Shown here: piece by piece, positions 26,356 to 38,702 of the stretch
Numbering within the stretch: the first letter of the stretch is position 1
How the letters are laid out: each line of letters opens with the position of its first letter
Assembly (NCBI RefSeq): GCF_963921235.1
Contig: NC_086114.1
Location: forward strand, 21,266,001-21,330,000
DNA: 64,000 nucleotides
Direction of reading: 5' to 3'
Source: Mobula hypostoma
Taxonomy: Eukaryota
Made by a program: the position numbers and the translations under genes
The notes under the pieces: generated by a model
Database searches by the model: none
Told to the model about the DNA's origin: nothing
The model's input: only the letters and a program-made list of their open reading frames with translations

Positions 26356-26950
26356 GCACACATCAAAGTTGCTGGTGAATGCAGCAGGCCAGGCAGCATC
26401 TCTAGGAAGAGGTACAGTCGACGTTTCGGGCCGAGACCCTTCATCAGGACTAACTGAAGGAAGAGTTAGCAAGAGATTTGAAAGTGGGAGGGGGAGGGAG
26501 AGATCCAAAATGATAGGAGAAGACAGGAGGGGGAGGGATGGAGCCAAGAGCTGGACAGGTGATTGGCAAAGGGGATATGGGAGGATCATGGGACAGGAGG
26601 CCCAGGGAGAAGGAAAAAGTGGGAAGGAGGGAAACCCAGAGGATGGGCAAGGGGTATAGTCAGAGGGACAGAGGGAGAAAAAGGAGAGTGAGAGAAAGAA
26701 TGTGTGTATATAAATAACGGATGGGGTACGAGGGGGAGGTGGGGCATTAGCGGAAGTTAGAGAAGTCGATGTTCATGCCATCAGGTTGGAGGCTACCCAG
26801 ACGGAATATAAGGTGTTGTTCCTCCAACCTGAGTGTGGCTTCATCTTTACAGTAGAGGAGGCCGTGGATAGACATGTCAGAATGGGAATGGGATGTGGAA
26901 TTAAAATGTGTGGCCATTGGGAGATCCTGCTTTCTCTGGCGGAGAGAGCG
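26356..26950 (-). mobile_element. Penelope (Neptune-type) 3' fragment with terminal repeat
   Basis: End of GIY-YIG region (KLEEQHL-like..GSLQPDGMNIDFSNFR) and 3' UTR; near-duplication TAAAACTAAGTA / TAAAGCTAAGTA at the flanks. Confidence 0.85.
26416..26451 (-). ncRNA. Minimal type I hammerhead ribozyme motif (Penelope-associated)
   Basis: AGUC-CUGAUGA-A-GGGUCUCGGCCC-GAAAC-GUC-GACU: stem I AGUC/GACU, stem II, catalytic core, GUC triplet, loopless palindromic stem III (ACGU). Confidence 0.7.
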
Positions 26951-29169
26951 TTTTAAAGCTAAGTAAGATCATTTTGCTTGGAATGGAAATGATTTAGGAG
27001 ACATTTTATTTTAAAAGATGTTCAAAATTATGTGAAGAAACTATTTCCAACCTGGCTTGGTAACGAAAATTTAATAATTGGTACGAAAAGATTTTCTTCT
27101 GCATACCACATTATCAAAAAGGATAAATGTATAAAAAAGAAACATTTCCAAGGCTCTGAGATAAGAGGAGAATAGAAATGATATTAAGTCATGGGTTGAA
27201 CAGTTTTGCAATAATTCACCTATTTCGAAATCCACAACTTTCTTTCAAATTTCACCCACATTTTGCAGCTCTTCCTCTGTAATCTACTGCCACTCCATAG
27301 CTAACCCTGTTCCCTCCTTTCCTTTGTGTTCCATCCCCCCACCCCACCATTCCTTTGTTGACATCAGATCCTCACGTCGTCACAATCATGAAGTCTGGGA
27401 TACACTTACCTTTCCCTTCACTGATTGCACCAACATAAGAAATAAGAATAAGAAGTGTAAAATAATATAAGTATTTCTGTTGCATTCCCCTACAAAGACA
27501 TAATTTTTATTACCTACCTAACTCGATGGCATAATTAACAGCTCCAATTGAGTGGATTTGTTCCTGATCATGGGCACTGCCGATGCAGAGTTTGCACATT
27601 CTTTTGTGACATTATGAAATTATATGCATGTGACAGAGGGAAACGAGAGAGGGAATAGGACTGTAGGTGCTGCCTGTCTAGAAGCTAGCCTAGAGTTGAA
27701 TGGCCTCCTGTACCATTAAAAGTACAAGATATTAGACAACAAATTTTGCAACAGTTTGTTATAATTCCAAATATTCCACATAAATACCACATAGCTCTGG
27801 TTCATTTGTAGCACACATTTCCTTTACCTGCAAGCTTGCAATGTAAAATAAAAAAAACACTGCAGACGCTGAAAATCTAAAACAAAAATGAAAATTACTG
27901 GAACACTCAGTATGTCAGGCTGTATCTGTAGAGAGAGACACAGCATCAATGTTTCAGACTCCTCGTCAGAACTTAGAAGGAGTCAATAGAAGCTTGTAAG
28001 CCTGCAGTGGTAGATGGACATGAGAGGGTGAAAACTGCAAGGAGAGAGGGGGAAGGGGTTTGTCAAACAGCTTTACAAACCTTTTTACTGTTTCTCTCCC
28101 CACAGATGAACCTTGACCTACTGAGTATTTCCAGCATTCTCCACTTTTGTTTCTCATCATTCACCTTATATCATCAGTCAATAGTAAATGATTCCATTTC
28201 AATTCGTAACTGTTTTTGTACAGTAATTGGGGCGTAGAAAGAACCCTGACAGTTGTGACACACTGTGTACTGTGAATTCTATGCACTCATCATTTTAAAC
28301 ACTAAATACTGTCTAGTTATACAAGACAAACAGAAGGGCTTTGTGTCGGCCTTGGAGTTGTTTAATCCCTTACTTATTCAAACTTTAGATGAAGTGAAAA
28401 AAACAAATTGCTATGAGGTCCTTTTGACATTGTTAGTGATAAGAAATTACTCATAGGGCACAAAACTGTAAGGAAGTAGCTCTGTAATTAACTTTAAAAA
28501 TGTATCATCAAAGTCTATTTATAGTAATCCTCAATTTCTCATGGTAATCATTATCATAAATTAGTTTAGGAGTACTTAAAATAGAGAGACTTCATTAGCA
28601 TAAGTAAAATGTTTTAATGAATCAGATTAACAATGAACAGGATTAACTGAAACTTTCTTTCAAAATGCTTCAACAGGGATTACTTCTGTTGATGTGAAGA
28701 TTTATTTTACATGAGCCCTGAGGTTTTTTTGGAATAGTTGATACAGGCTATCAAAAATGGGAGGGGGATCTCCAAAACTGAAAAGAATTTTCCACAAAGA
28801 AAGGCTTAAAATTATTTTTTGTAATCAAAATTAGGTTTAAATGAACTCAAATCCTTTGAATCTTAGGGTGAGCCCTTTAAAGCAGAAACACTGGTTGAAT
28901 GCCAGAGATTGTCATTTATAATCAGGAATACACCACAATAATTACTTGTTCCTTCATTTGTCTGGAGCTCCAGTGGACACAAGCATTCTTGATTATATCT
29001 CCCTTTATAAAGGTCTTTAATGTGGAAAATAGTCTGATGTAATGCAGTTGTTCTTTGTGATTGCCTCATTAGTACATGAACTGTATAAACTATCACTCAT
29101 GGTGCAAAGAAACAGCATCTGTGCACCATTCAATCCCAATAGCTGATTATCTGCAAGATTTCAAGACTG

Positions 29170-29349
29170 CTAGTGCCTTTGCATCCATTCTTTGATTAGA
29201 TGATGTGCTAAAGCCTGGGGCGGTGGGATCCAGAACGCAATCTCACCCATTTCTTTCTTGCTTGGTACCTGCTTCCGCTTTAAAGGTTCCTCTATCTCTG
29301 AAGCATCGAACCAGCGGGCATCCTCAAGCTCAGAGTGGTTGAGCTCAAT
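29170..29349 (-). CDS. NUDT13: NUDT13 coding exon 8 (terminal)
   Basis: CAG acceptor; IELNHSELEDARWF...FWIPPPQALAHHLIKEW..*. Confidence 0.93.
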   Translation of the reverse strand: MELNHSELEDARWFDASEIEEPLKRKQVPSKKEMGEIAFWIPPPQALAHHLIKEWMQRH

Positions 29350-30998
29350 CTGAAGCCATAACAAAATGCTTGTCAATACTTAGAAATTACAGTGGCAGTA
29401 GCAACAAATAACTTTTGTCAAATACAACTTGTCTTGAGTTAATAAGATACAGGAAAATTTATAAACACAAGAGATTTTGCAAATGCTGGAAATCTAGAGC
29501 AACACACACAAAATGCTGAAGGAACTTAGCTAGTCAGGCAGCATCTATGAAGTATAACAGCCAACATCTTGGGCCAAAACCCTTCATCGGCATTTTGTGT
29601 GCATTTCACAAGAAAATTTATAGTGTATGACGGACTGTAGTTAGTTGATATGTAGCTGTGCGACTTGGCCATATTAATCACTAATGACTGAGTTACAAAA
29701 CGGTAGTTATGACTGTTAAAAGAGGGGAAAACATTTCTCTTTAAAGGTTAATTATACCATATTTGTCCTATCTGTAAAGAACGAATTGCCAGACAGTTTT
29801 CTATACAAGTCTCTCTAATTAATCATCATCATATATGGAAGAGCTTGTAAATAAAATCTCAGTGCAGGATTTATAGAATATTAGATAATGCAAGAGAAAT
29901 GTGAATGGTAGCTGTTAATAAAAGTTTGGCCCTGCCAGAAATGCACACACTGAGAGAACAAATATAAAGGAGACTGAATACACTGGAAAAAATCTTTTTC
30001 TCTCTCTTGTGGCTTTCCTGTCAATGCCAAGTGTTAATCACATTAATCACAAAGGCCAACTTTTCAACATAAATTCTATGTTTGATTGGCAGTCTTTGCA
30101 GCTCAGAATGCTCATTTGAGTTTGGAAAATGTAGAACGTATATGGTAGAACGAGGTTTATTCCACACACAGTCCAGGTTATGCATAAACAGTGTCACACA
30201 GCATGGAGGCAAAACCCCCTGGGTTGCTCCAACTATTAATCACTAATCCCATTTTATTGTCCATTACCCAATTTATACAATGCCTGCCAAAAGTGAAGAT
30301 TACTCACTCCTCACATTAAAAAAAAAAGAATAATTGACAGGAAAAATGCCAGGAATGAGCTGCCACCACAAGTGGTGCATCTGAGCTCAATTTCAACTAT
30401 TAAGAGAAGTTTGAATAGATACATGGATGGTAAGGGTATGGATGGTTATGGTCCCAGTGCAGGTCGATGGGAGTAGGCATTTTAAATGATTTGGCTTGGA
30501 CTAGATGGGCTGAAGGGCCTGTTCCTGTACTGTACTTTTCTATGACTGTCACTCTTGAAGCAGAAAGCAGTGCCTTTAAATCCCATGCTAGAGAATTAAG
30601 CAAAATTACTAGGTTGTCCACTGCTGTCACAGAATTTCTGTCATTCAGAAATCAGGTCCTGTCCATACTCCCAAATTAACAAGATTTCATGGCACTAGTT
30701 TGAAAAAGAGGGTTTTTATTGACCACAAGAGATTCTACAGATGCTGGAAATCCAGAGCAACACACACACACACACACACACACATAAAATGATGGAGGAA
30801 CTCAGTAAGTCAGGCAGCATCTAGGATGTCCTAGTCTAATATGCATCCATCCACTAGCATCATTAAAATAAATTGCAAAAAAGGTTATAGAATGGCCTGC
30901 AATTCACTGTTCTATCTGCTTGTTGGATTTTTCTAAACTTCAAAATTTATTACACATTATTAGTACTTCAATGATTATGAAGTACTTAGTAATTTCAG

Positions 30999-31202
30999 AG
31001 TTCATTGAAAGGCATTATAAACATGGAAGTGTTTCCATTCTCTTATAAAGAATTGTGAAATACATTGAGAATTTGAAGATTTGACGTAAGTGATGGCAAT
31101 GACAGAACTCAGTAGCAAGACCTCTTGACTAAAAATGCAAAATGGATCAGAGTTTCAAAGCAATGTGCTGTGTATTGGATCCATCCAAAACATCCTCATG
31201 TG
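30999..31202 (+). pseudogene. Decayed RGS-like exon
   Basis: TTTCAG acceptor; GTAAGT donors at 31086 and 31203; EFIERHYKHGSVSILL* then, in another frame, EFEDLT*VMAMTELSSKTS*LKMQ. Confidence 0.35.
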
Positions 31203-31309
31203 GTAAGTTCTTTCTAGCTTGGTTTCTTGCAATAGGAATATAATGGAGTCACAACCTTTGCCACAAACAGAAGAGTACATAGCATCAACTGGGCATTTCT
31301 TGTTATCTT

Positions 31310-31772
31310 CTTGGGGCTAGTTACAAAGGTCAGGTCACTCGCCTGAGTGCTACTGGTACCACGTAACCCAGTACTACCTGTCGCATGGTCGGGTGGTCGG
31401 TAACTAAACCGGCTCCCCCACCAGGCTTGCCTGGTGAGGAGGGTGGCTAGACACCCTGCAGGATAAAAAACAAGACCTGTCAAAGGACAGATGAACCCTC
31501 TCGTAAGGTCAACGGCCATCTGGCAAACACGTGCCGTGAAGTGCGGAAAGGGCATCCCTTGCATCGAAGCTTGCTCTGGCCAATCACTGCAACAGAACTT
31601 TCCCCAGCCATCTTGGACCCCACCATGCAGCTGGATCCGGGAGGGGATGTCGAGAGGGTGGGTCTGGACCTGTGCAACCCCCTACTCACCTAAAATCCAT
31701 TCACGCACACAGTGTTCCTTTCTGAGGAGTAGGGTCAACACCACTAACTGACTGAAAGGAACCATCATCATC
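31310..31772 (+). mobile_element. Unclassified GC-rich SINE-like element with (CAT)n tail
   Basis: CpG-rich block in an AT-rich intron ending GAAAGGAACCATCATCATC, followed by a (GGAT)n/(GA)n microsatellite at 31777-31829. Confidence 0.45.
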
Positions 31773-32069
31773 CTATGGGATGGATGGATGGATGGATGGA
31801 TGGAGGGGGAGGGAGAGAGGGAGAGAGAGATATAGTTACAAAGCACCACAGGCAAAGCCATGTTGGAAGCTGTCTTATTCTGCAGACTAAACAGGGAAAG
31901 TTGAAATGACTTGAAACAACTTACAAAGTAAACCATAACAGTACACATTTCCACATTTTTGTTGTGGTCATTTTTTTGGTCTCCCTCTCCTTGTAGATTT
32001 CAAAGTTATCAGGGTGCTAAATTTCAGAAGCATGGTCCTTATTTTTTGGCTCTCCAAAACTTATCTTAC

Positions 32070-32224
32070 CTTGTTCTGCTTTGGCTGCACCATTGCATGG
32101 CACCCAATCATCAGAGAACTACTGGGAAAGGGCCAGTGTTGGGATGCAGAATACGACAGTGAGGACACATCCAAACCGACTTCTTCCGCCACTTCTCGAT
32201 GCACAGCCTCTTCCACTGTCTCTC
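32070..32224 (-). CDS. NUDT13: NUDT13 coding exon 7 (Nudix box)
   Basis: [18 protein letters not shown] Nudix box and SQHWPFP NADH-diphosphatase motif; AG and GTAAG splice sites. Confidence 0.97.
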
Positions 32225-32876
32225 CTGGGAGAGGCAAAAGAAACGAGAAATAGAAAGAAGAAATTTGCTGCAAGTCAGTTTGAAAGAGCGAGAAACCAAT
32301 CAATGGTTAATGGTGACTGTGGGATTGCCCATCAGTTGGCTGGGTTATTTCTGCACAGGATGAAAATGGACTTTGACTTGTCTCAATTACACTTTGCTTA
32401 CAGAACTACTAGGGCTACTGGATTGCACTTGGTGTGCTATGCACAACTATAGTTTTATATAAATGAGAAGATATAGAGACACTAAAAAATGTACAAAAAC
32501 ATTCAGAAGGATATCACCAGAAATGAAAAGATATACATGTTGGGATAGGCTAAATAGGCTAGGTTTTTCACCCAAAAATGTTTAGAATATAGAAGCAAGT
32601 AACACAGTAGACAGTTTGAGCTGAATGGCAGTAAATATAAAATTGATACAGGATACAGATCTGTGCCCATAGTTCACCAGTTCAAATGTGCTGTCAGTAA
32701 AGTTAAATAAAGGCAAGACATTGCCACACTAGGATGCAGTCATCATGGATGTCTATTGCTGGTATAGTAATCTGTTATTAGAAATACTTCAAAACAATAT
32801 ATTTCGCAGCAAAAGCTAAATTCTGTCTATAATCTTGCACTGCATGTAATCTGTTACTGTAAGAAGATTTGATTAC

Positions 32877-32988
32877 CAATGTTGCAGAATCCAGCCAGTG
32901 CACTATACATTCCAGGAGGAAATCCCTTCTGACGTGCCAGCAGGCAATGTGTTCCATTGGATACCAACATGATAACCACAGGAGACAT
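32877..32988 (-). CDS. NUDT13: NUDT13 coding exon 6
   Basis: MSPVVIMLVSNGTHCLLARQKGFPPGMYSALAGFCNIG; canonical splice sites. Confidence 0.96.
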
Positions 32989-33308
32989 CTGTTAATGAAG
33001 AATTGCAGGAAGAACTTAGCATTTAAAAATAGTTTAAAACATTTGCAATGCATATTTAAAGTAGTGGATGTGCTTCTGCTAACCTGAGTTACTCTGATTC
33101 CTGGAGATATTTGCCATTAACTGCTATAAAATGGTTCAATATGATGGGAGCCCAATTGATTAAAGAATAACGCTGGGAAGTGATAGAATATCACACTGGT
33201 AGAGATGGTGATACTATTTTGTGGGTGAGATTTTTACAGCAGAGTGGGAAGAATTTATAGTCTGAGTCCTCAGCTTTGGCACTCAAAATATACAATTCCA
33301 TTTCTCAG

Positions 33309-33633
33309 TGTTTACACCCTTCATCTTCAAGAGCAATGTGTTATGACTAATGAATTTAAACAAGATGTATCCACACCTATTCCTGAAACTTTTATGAAAA
33401 CCCCTGTTTGCACTTCTTATCTATTTATTTTGCTCTCTCCATTTCATCTTGGATCTTCTTCCATGCCCAAGGGTTGTATTACAAATGCCATTAGTGCAGA
33501 GCCTGGGAAATAAAATTAGTATAGAGGAAATGAGTATAGAGTGACAGCAAATAGACATAGTGGGTAGAAGCACAGTCAAATCTCTACTATTCGGAGTAAT
33601 GAAAGAGAATATCTCCACAGATACTGGATAATG
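33309..33633 (+). pseudogene. Possible decayed RGS-like exon
   Basis: CTCAG acceptor; NEFKQDVSTPIPETFMKT resembles the RGS P..TF segment. Confidence 0.3.
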
Positions 33634-33702
33634 TAAAACATATTAAAATACATTTAAATGCACCAACATGTTGCACTGTGTCATTCAACAATTGTTTTAC
33701 AG

Positions 33703-33901
33703 TGCTATGTTTCTCCAGCTTCCTACTTGCAAATTCCTAGACTGCCTACAGGAGCTTATAGACGTATTTACAGTATCCTCTTGGATCAGTTGTTTGAAAC
33801 ATTCTGTCGGGCCCCATGAGAATTTTATGTATTTCAATGCGATCACTTAAATTCAATACAGTACATCCAGTCTGCTTAACGTAGCCTCATGTAACAGAAA
33901 G
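33703..33901 (+). pseudogene. Decayed RGS-like exon (domain C-terminal half)
   Basis: TTTTACAG acceptor, AAG/GTAAAT donor; CYVSPASYLQIPRLPTGAYRRIYSILLDQLFETFCRAP*EFY fits RGS YI.P.S..QI....RRI...L....TF..A..E.Y. Confidence 0.6.
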
Positions 33902-34033
33902 GTAAATCACATCCCAGGAATCAGGCTGCTGAATCTCAATCAAAGAATATCTTTCTTTCGGTAGGTAGACCTTACAAAAGGAACATCATATAAAGCGAGC
34001 TGAGTGCATATCAGAATCATCCACAACGACTAC

Positions 34034-34159
34034 CTGTGGATAATAGATTACTTCATCTGTGCCACAGACACGTTTACTGCCGGATATATTTTTCTGCGTT
34101 GGTTGTCCAGTTCTACCACAGTAGAGATGTGTGCTGTGCCAACGGAGAAGGGCCTGAGC
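34034..34159 (-). CDS. NUDT13: NUDT13 coding exon 5 (zinc-ribbon region)
   Basis: AQALLRWHSTHLYCGRTGQPTQKNISGSKRVCGTDEVIYYPQ; canonical splice sites. Confidence 0.96.
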
Positions 34160-34386
34160 CTAAAATACATCACATTTTTGTGACTCACATTCCCATAGAT
34201 AGTCTGACCTGAAATATAAGCTCAGTGAAAATTCAGAATACAAATCTGAGGAGATTGATCATAAATTTAAACTCATAGAAACAGAGCAATCTTTTGTCAC
34301 AAATACAAGAGTCTGCAGCTGCTGGATATCTAGAGTAAGACACACAAAATGCTGGAGGAATTCAGCAAGTTAGACAGCATCTATTG

Positions 34387-34467
34387 CAGGGGCGCTAAAG
34401 CAGGAGTCCACGGACCCCCTCTGTTAATGTTACAGGTCCACGGCATTAAAAAGGTTGGGGACCACTG
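34387..34467. mobile_element. Small hAT MITE inserted in a Penelope-terminus remnant
   Basis: CAGGGGCG...GGTTGGGGACCACTG; 8-bp TSD ATCTATTG/ATCTATGG. Confidence 0.65.
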
Positions 34468-34624
34468 ATCTATGGAGAGTAATAAAGAGTTGGTGTTTCA
34501 GGCCAAGATGCTTTTTTATCACTATCTAATTGCAGTGGCCAGCACTGTAAACCAAGGAAAGATATACAGTACAACAGAATTTCCCAGAATTCTGCAAGTA
34601 AATCTCAAGGTTATATACTTTATA

Positions 34625-36860
34625 CAACACTTTCAGTACGCTGGATGAACTCAGCAGGTCGGGTAGCATCAGTCAGAAACATTGAGTCGACGTTTCGGGC
34701 CGGAACCCTTCATCAGGACTGAAGAATGAAAGATGGGGAAGGATTTGAAGAATGCTTGTAGCTTCAGTTGAAGGACCAGTAATTTGAAAGACAAAGGGGT
34801 GGGGGAGGGGAAGCATTGACGTCGTAGCCCTTGAAAACAATGGGTAGTAGAAGAAGGAGGCAGAACCATGAGGGAGCTGGGGGAGGGGGTAGAGTGAAAT
34901 AGGGATAGAGGAAGGGAGGGCGAGGGGATTACCGGAAGTTGAAGAATTCTATGTTCATACCAAGGGGCTGGAGACTACCTAGACGGTATATGAGGTGTTG
35001 CTCCTCCAACCTGAGTGTAGCCTCATCATGGCAGTAGAGGAGGCCATGTATGGAGATATCTGAATGGGAATGGGAAACAGAGTTGAAGTGGGTGGCTACC
35101 AGGAGATCCTGTCTGTTGTGGCGGACGGAGTGGAGGTGCTCGACAAAGCGGTCCCCCAATCTGCGTCGGGTTTCACCGATGTAGAGGAGGCCGCACCGGG
35201 AGCACCGGATGCAATAGATGACCCCAACAGACTCACAAGTGAAGTGTTGTCTCACCTGGAAGGACTGTTTAGGGCCCTGAATGGTGGCAAGAGAGGAGGT
35301 GTAGGGACAGGTGTAGCACTTACACTTACAGGGATAAGTGCCAGGTGGGAGATCAGTGGGGATGGACGTGCGGATAAGGGAGTCGCAGAGGGACCGATCC
35401 CTGCGGAAAGCGGAGAGGGGTGGAGAGGGAAAGATGTGCTTAGTGGTGGGGTCCTGTTGAAGGTGGCAGAAGTAGCGGAGGATAATATGCTGGATCCGGA
35501 GGCTGGTGGGGTGGTAGGTAAGGACAAGGAGAACTCTGTCCCTGTTGTGGTTGCGGGAGGATGGGGTGAGGGCCGAAGTGCGGGAAATGGAGGAGATACA
35601 GGTGAGGGCATCATTGATGACGGTAGAAGGGAAACCACGATCCTTAAAGAAAGAGGACATTTGAGACGCCCTGGAACGGAAAGCCTCATCCACGGAGCAG
35701 ATGCGGCGGAGATGGAGGAAATGGGAATAGAGAATGGCATTTTTGCATGTGGCAGGGTAGGAAGAGGTATAGTCGAGATAGTTATGAGAGTCAGTGGGCT
35801 TGTAGAAGATGTCAGTGGAAAGTCTGTCTCCAGAGATGGAGACCGAGACATCGAGAAAGGGGAGAGAAGTGTCCGAGATAGAGGAAGTGATATATTGAAT
35901 TTGAGGGCTGGGTGGAAGTTTGAAGTAAAGTCGATGAAATTGACAAGCTCAGCATGAGTGCAGGAAGCAGCACCAATGTAGTCTTCAATGTACCGAAGGA
36001 AAAGTTGGGGAGCAGTACCAGAATAGGTTTGGAGCACAGACTGTTCCACATAACCAACGAGAGGCAGGGCGTAGCTGGGTCCCATGGGAGTTCCCATAGC
36101 TACACCCTTAGTCTGAAGGAAGTGGGAAGAGCAAAAAGAGAAGTTATTCAGTGTGAGAACCAGTTCCGCCAACTGGAGGAGGGTAGTGGTGGGGGGGGAA
36201 CTGGTGAGGTCTGTTATCCAGGAAGTAGCGGACGGCTTTGAGGCCTTCTGGATGGGGAATGGAGGTGTATAAGGATTGGACATCCATAGTAAAAATGTAG
36301 TGGTTGGGACCGGGGAATTGGAAGTTATTGAAGAGGTGGAGGGCATGGGATGTATCCTGGATGTAGGTGGGGAGAGACTAAACTATGGGTGACAAAATGG
36401 AGTCCAGGTAGGCAGATACAAGTTCGGTGGGACAGGAGCAGGCAGAAACTATGGGTCTACCGGAACAGTTAGGCTTGTGTATCTTTGGGAGGAGGTAAAA
36501 CCAAGCGGTATGGGGTGTGGGAAAAATGAGATTAGCGGCTGAGGATGGAAGGTCTCTGGAGTTGATAAGGGCGGTGATGGTGCGGGAGATAATGGTTTGA
36601 TGTTTTTTGGTGGGGTCCTGTTCCAGTGGTAAGTAAGAGGAGGTGTCAGCTGCCGTTTTGCCTCAGTGAGGTAGAGGTCCATCCGTCAGACTACTATGGC
36701 ACCACCTTTATCAGCAGGTTTGATAGTGAGGTTGGGATTAGTGCGGAGAGAGTGAAGGGCAGTGCATTCAGAGGGAGTGAGGTTGGAACAGGAGAGAGGA
36801 GTGGTGAAGTTGAGACGGTTGATGTCTCGCCGACAGTTGGAGATGAAGAGATCGAGTGCT
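34625..36860 (-). mobile_element. Penelope (Neptune-type) copy, left part of the palindrome
   Basis: RT (KGVAMGT.MGPSYA, FLRYIED), Cys-rich linker, GIY-YIG (VIYCIRC..C..LYIGET); 3' UTR carries an intact hammerhead motif at 34685-34720. Confidence 0.93.
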
Positions 36861-36888
36861 TCATTCTATTACACACTCACACGTCTAT

Positions 36889-38371
36889 TATGGGAACTCG
36901 CATGGGACCCAGCTACGCCTGCCTCTTTGTTGGTTATGTGGAACAGTCTGTGCTCCAAACCTATTCTGGTACTGCTCCCCAACTTTTCCTTCGGTACATT
37001 GAAGACTACATTGGTGCTGCTTCCTGCACCCATGCTGAGCTCGTCAATTTCATCGACTTTACTTCAAACTTCCACCCAGCCCTCAAATTCAATATATCAC
37101 TTCCTCTATCTCGGACACTTCTCTCCCCTTTCTCGATGTCTCGGTCTCCATCTCTGGAGACAGACTTTCCACTGACATCTTCTACAAGCCCACTGACTCT
37201 CATAACTATCTCGACTATACCTCTTCCCACCCCGCCACATGCAAAAATGCCATTCCCTATTCCCAGTTCCTCCGTCTCCATCACATCTGCTCCGAGGATG
37301 AGGCTTTCCGTTCCAGGACATCTCAAATGTCCTCTTTCTTCAAGGATCATGGTTTCCCTTCTACCGTCATCAAGGATGCCCTCACCCGCATCGCCTCCAT
37401 TTCCTGCACTTCGGCCCTCACCCCATCCTCCCGCAACCACAACAGGGACAGAGTTCCCCTTGTCCTTACCTACCACCCCACTAGCCTCCGGATCCAGCAT
37501 ATTATCCTCCACTACTTCCGCCACCTTCAACAGGACCCCACCACTAAGCACATCTTTCCCTCTCCACCCCTCTCCGCTTTCCACAGGGATCGGTCCCTCT
37601 GCGACTCCCTTATCCACACGTCCATCCCCACTGATCTCCCACCCGGCATTTATCCCTGTAAGTGTAAGTGCTACACCTGTCCCTACACCTCATCTCTTGC
37701 AACCATTCAGGGCCCCAAACAGTCCTTCCAGGTGAGACAACACTTCACTTGTGAGTCTGTTGGGGTCATCTATTGCATCCGGTGCTCCCGGTGCGGCCTC
37801 CTCTACATCGGTGAAACCCGACGCAGATTGGGGGACCGCTTCGTCGAGCACCTCCACTCCGTCCGCCACAACAGACAGGATCTCCCGGTGCCATCCACTT
37901 CAACTCTGTTTTCCAGTCCCATTCAGATATCTCCATACATGGCCTCCTCTACTGCCATGATGAGGCTACACTCAGGTTGGAGGAGCAACACCTCATATAC
38001 CGTCTAGGTAGTCTCCAGCCCCTTGGTATGAACATAGAATTCTCCAACTTCCAGTAATTCCCTCCCCCTCCCTTCCCCTATCCCTATGTCACTCTTCCCC
38101 TCCCCCAGCTGCCTATCACCTCCCTCATGGTTCCGCCTCCTTCTTCTACTACCCATTGTTTTCAAGGGCTACGACGTCAATGCTTCCCCTCCCCCACCCC
38201 TTTGTCTTTCAAATTACTGGTCCTTCAACTGAAGCTACAAGCATTCTTCAAATCCTTCCCCATCTTTCATTCTTCAGACCTGACGAAGGGTTCCGGCCCA
38301 AAACTTCAACTCATCGTTTCTAACTGATGCTGCCCGACCTGCTGAGTTCATCCAGCGTACTGAAAGTGTTG
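36889..38371 (+). mobile_element. Penelope (Neptune-type) copy, right inverted arm
   Basis: Reverse complement of 34625-36098; ORF 37327-38007 has the GIY-YIG domain, frameshifted near its end. Confidence 0.93.
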
Positions 38372-38702
38372 CTTTGATCACAGCATCTGCAGTTTATTTT
38401 GTGTATATAATTTATACATTATTTGATAATAAATGTACTTGACTTGAATTAAAAATAAACTTCTGGCCAGAAGTCAATTCATTTCATTATTATGTTCAAT
38501 ATCATTGATTTATAATTTTTTAATATTGTCAATGTAAGTTATTTATATTTTTATGTTAGGGGTAAAAAGATAAATTGCTAAATGCAATTAGCAGTTGTAT
38601 TAAAAATACTTCATTAAATAAACTGACTTGTTAAGTTACCATGAATCAATATGGGATACGTATGTGGCTCAGTAAAAGAACTCCTGCTTCTGAACCAGAA
38701 TA

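Noticed and set aside
30760-30785. (CA)n tract, also at 51826-51850 and 57494-57511
   Set aside because: Ordinary microsatellites
35064-37735. Long ORFs 35064-35957(+), 35252-36346(-), 36626-37735(+), 37006-37617(-) as novel genes
   Set aside because: Antisense, shifted or junction-spanning frames of the Penelope copies
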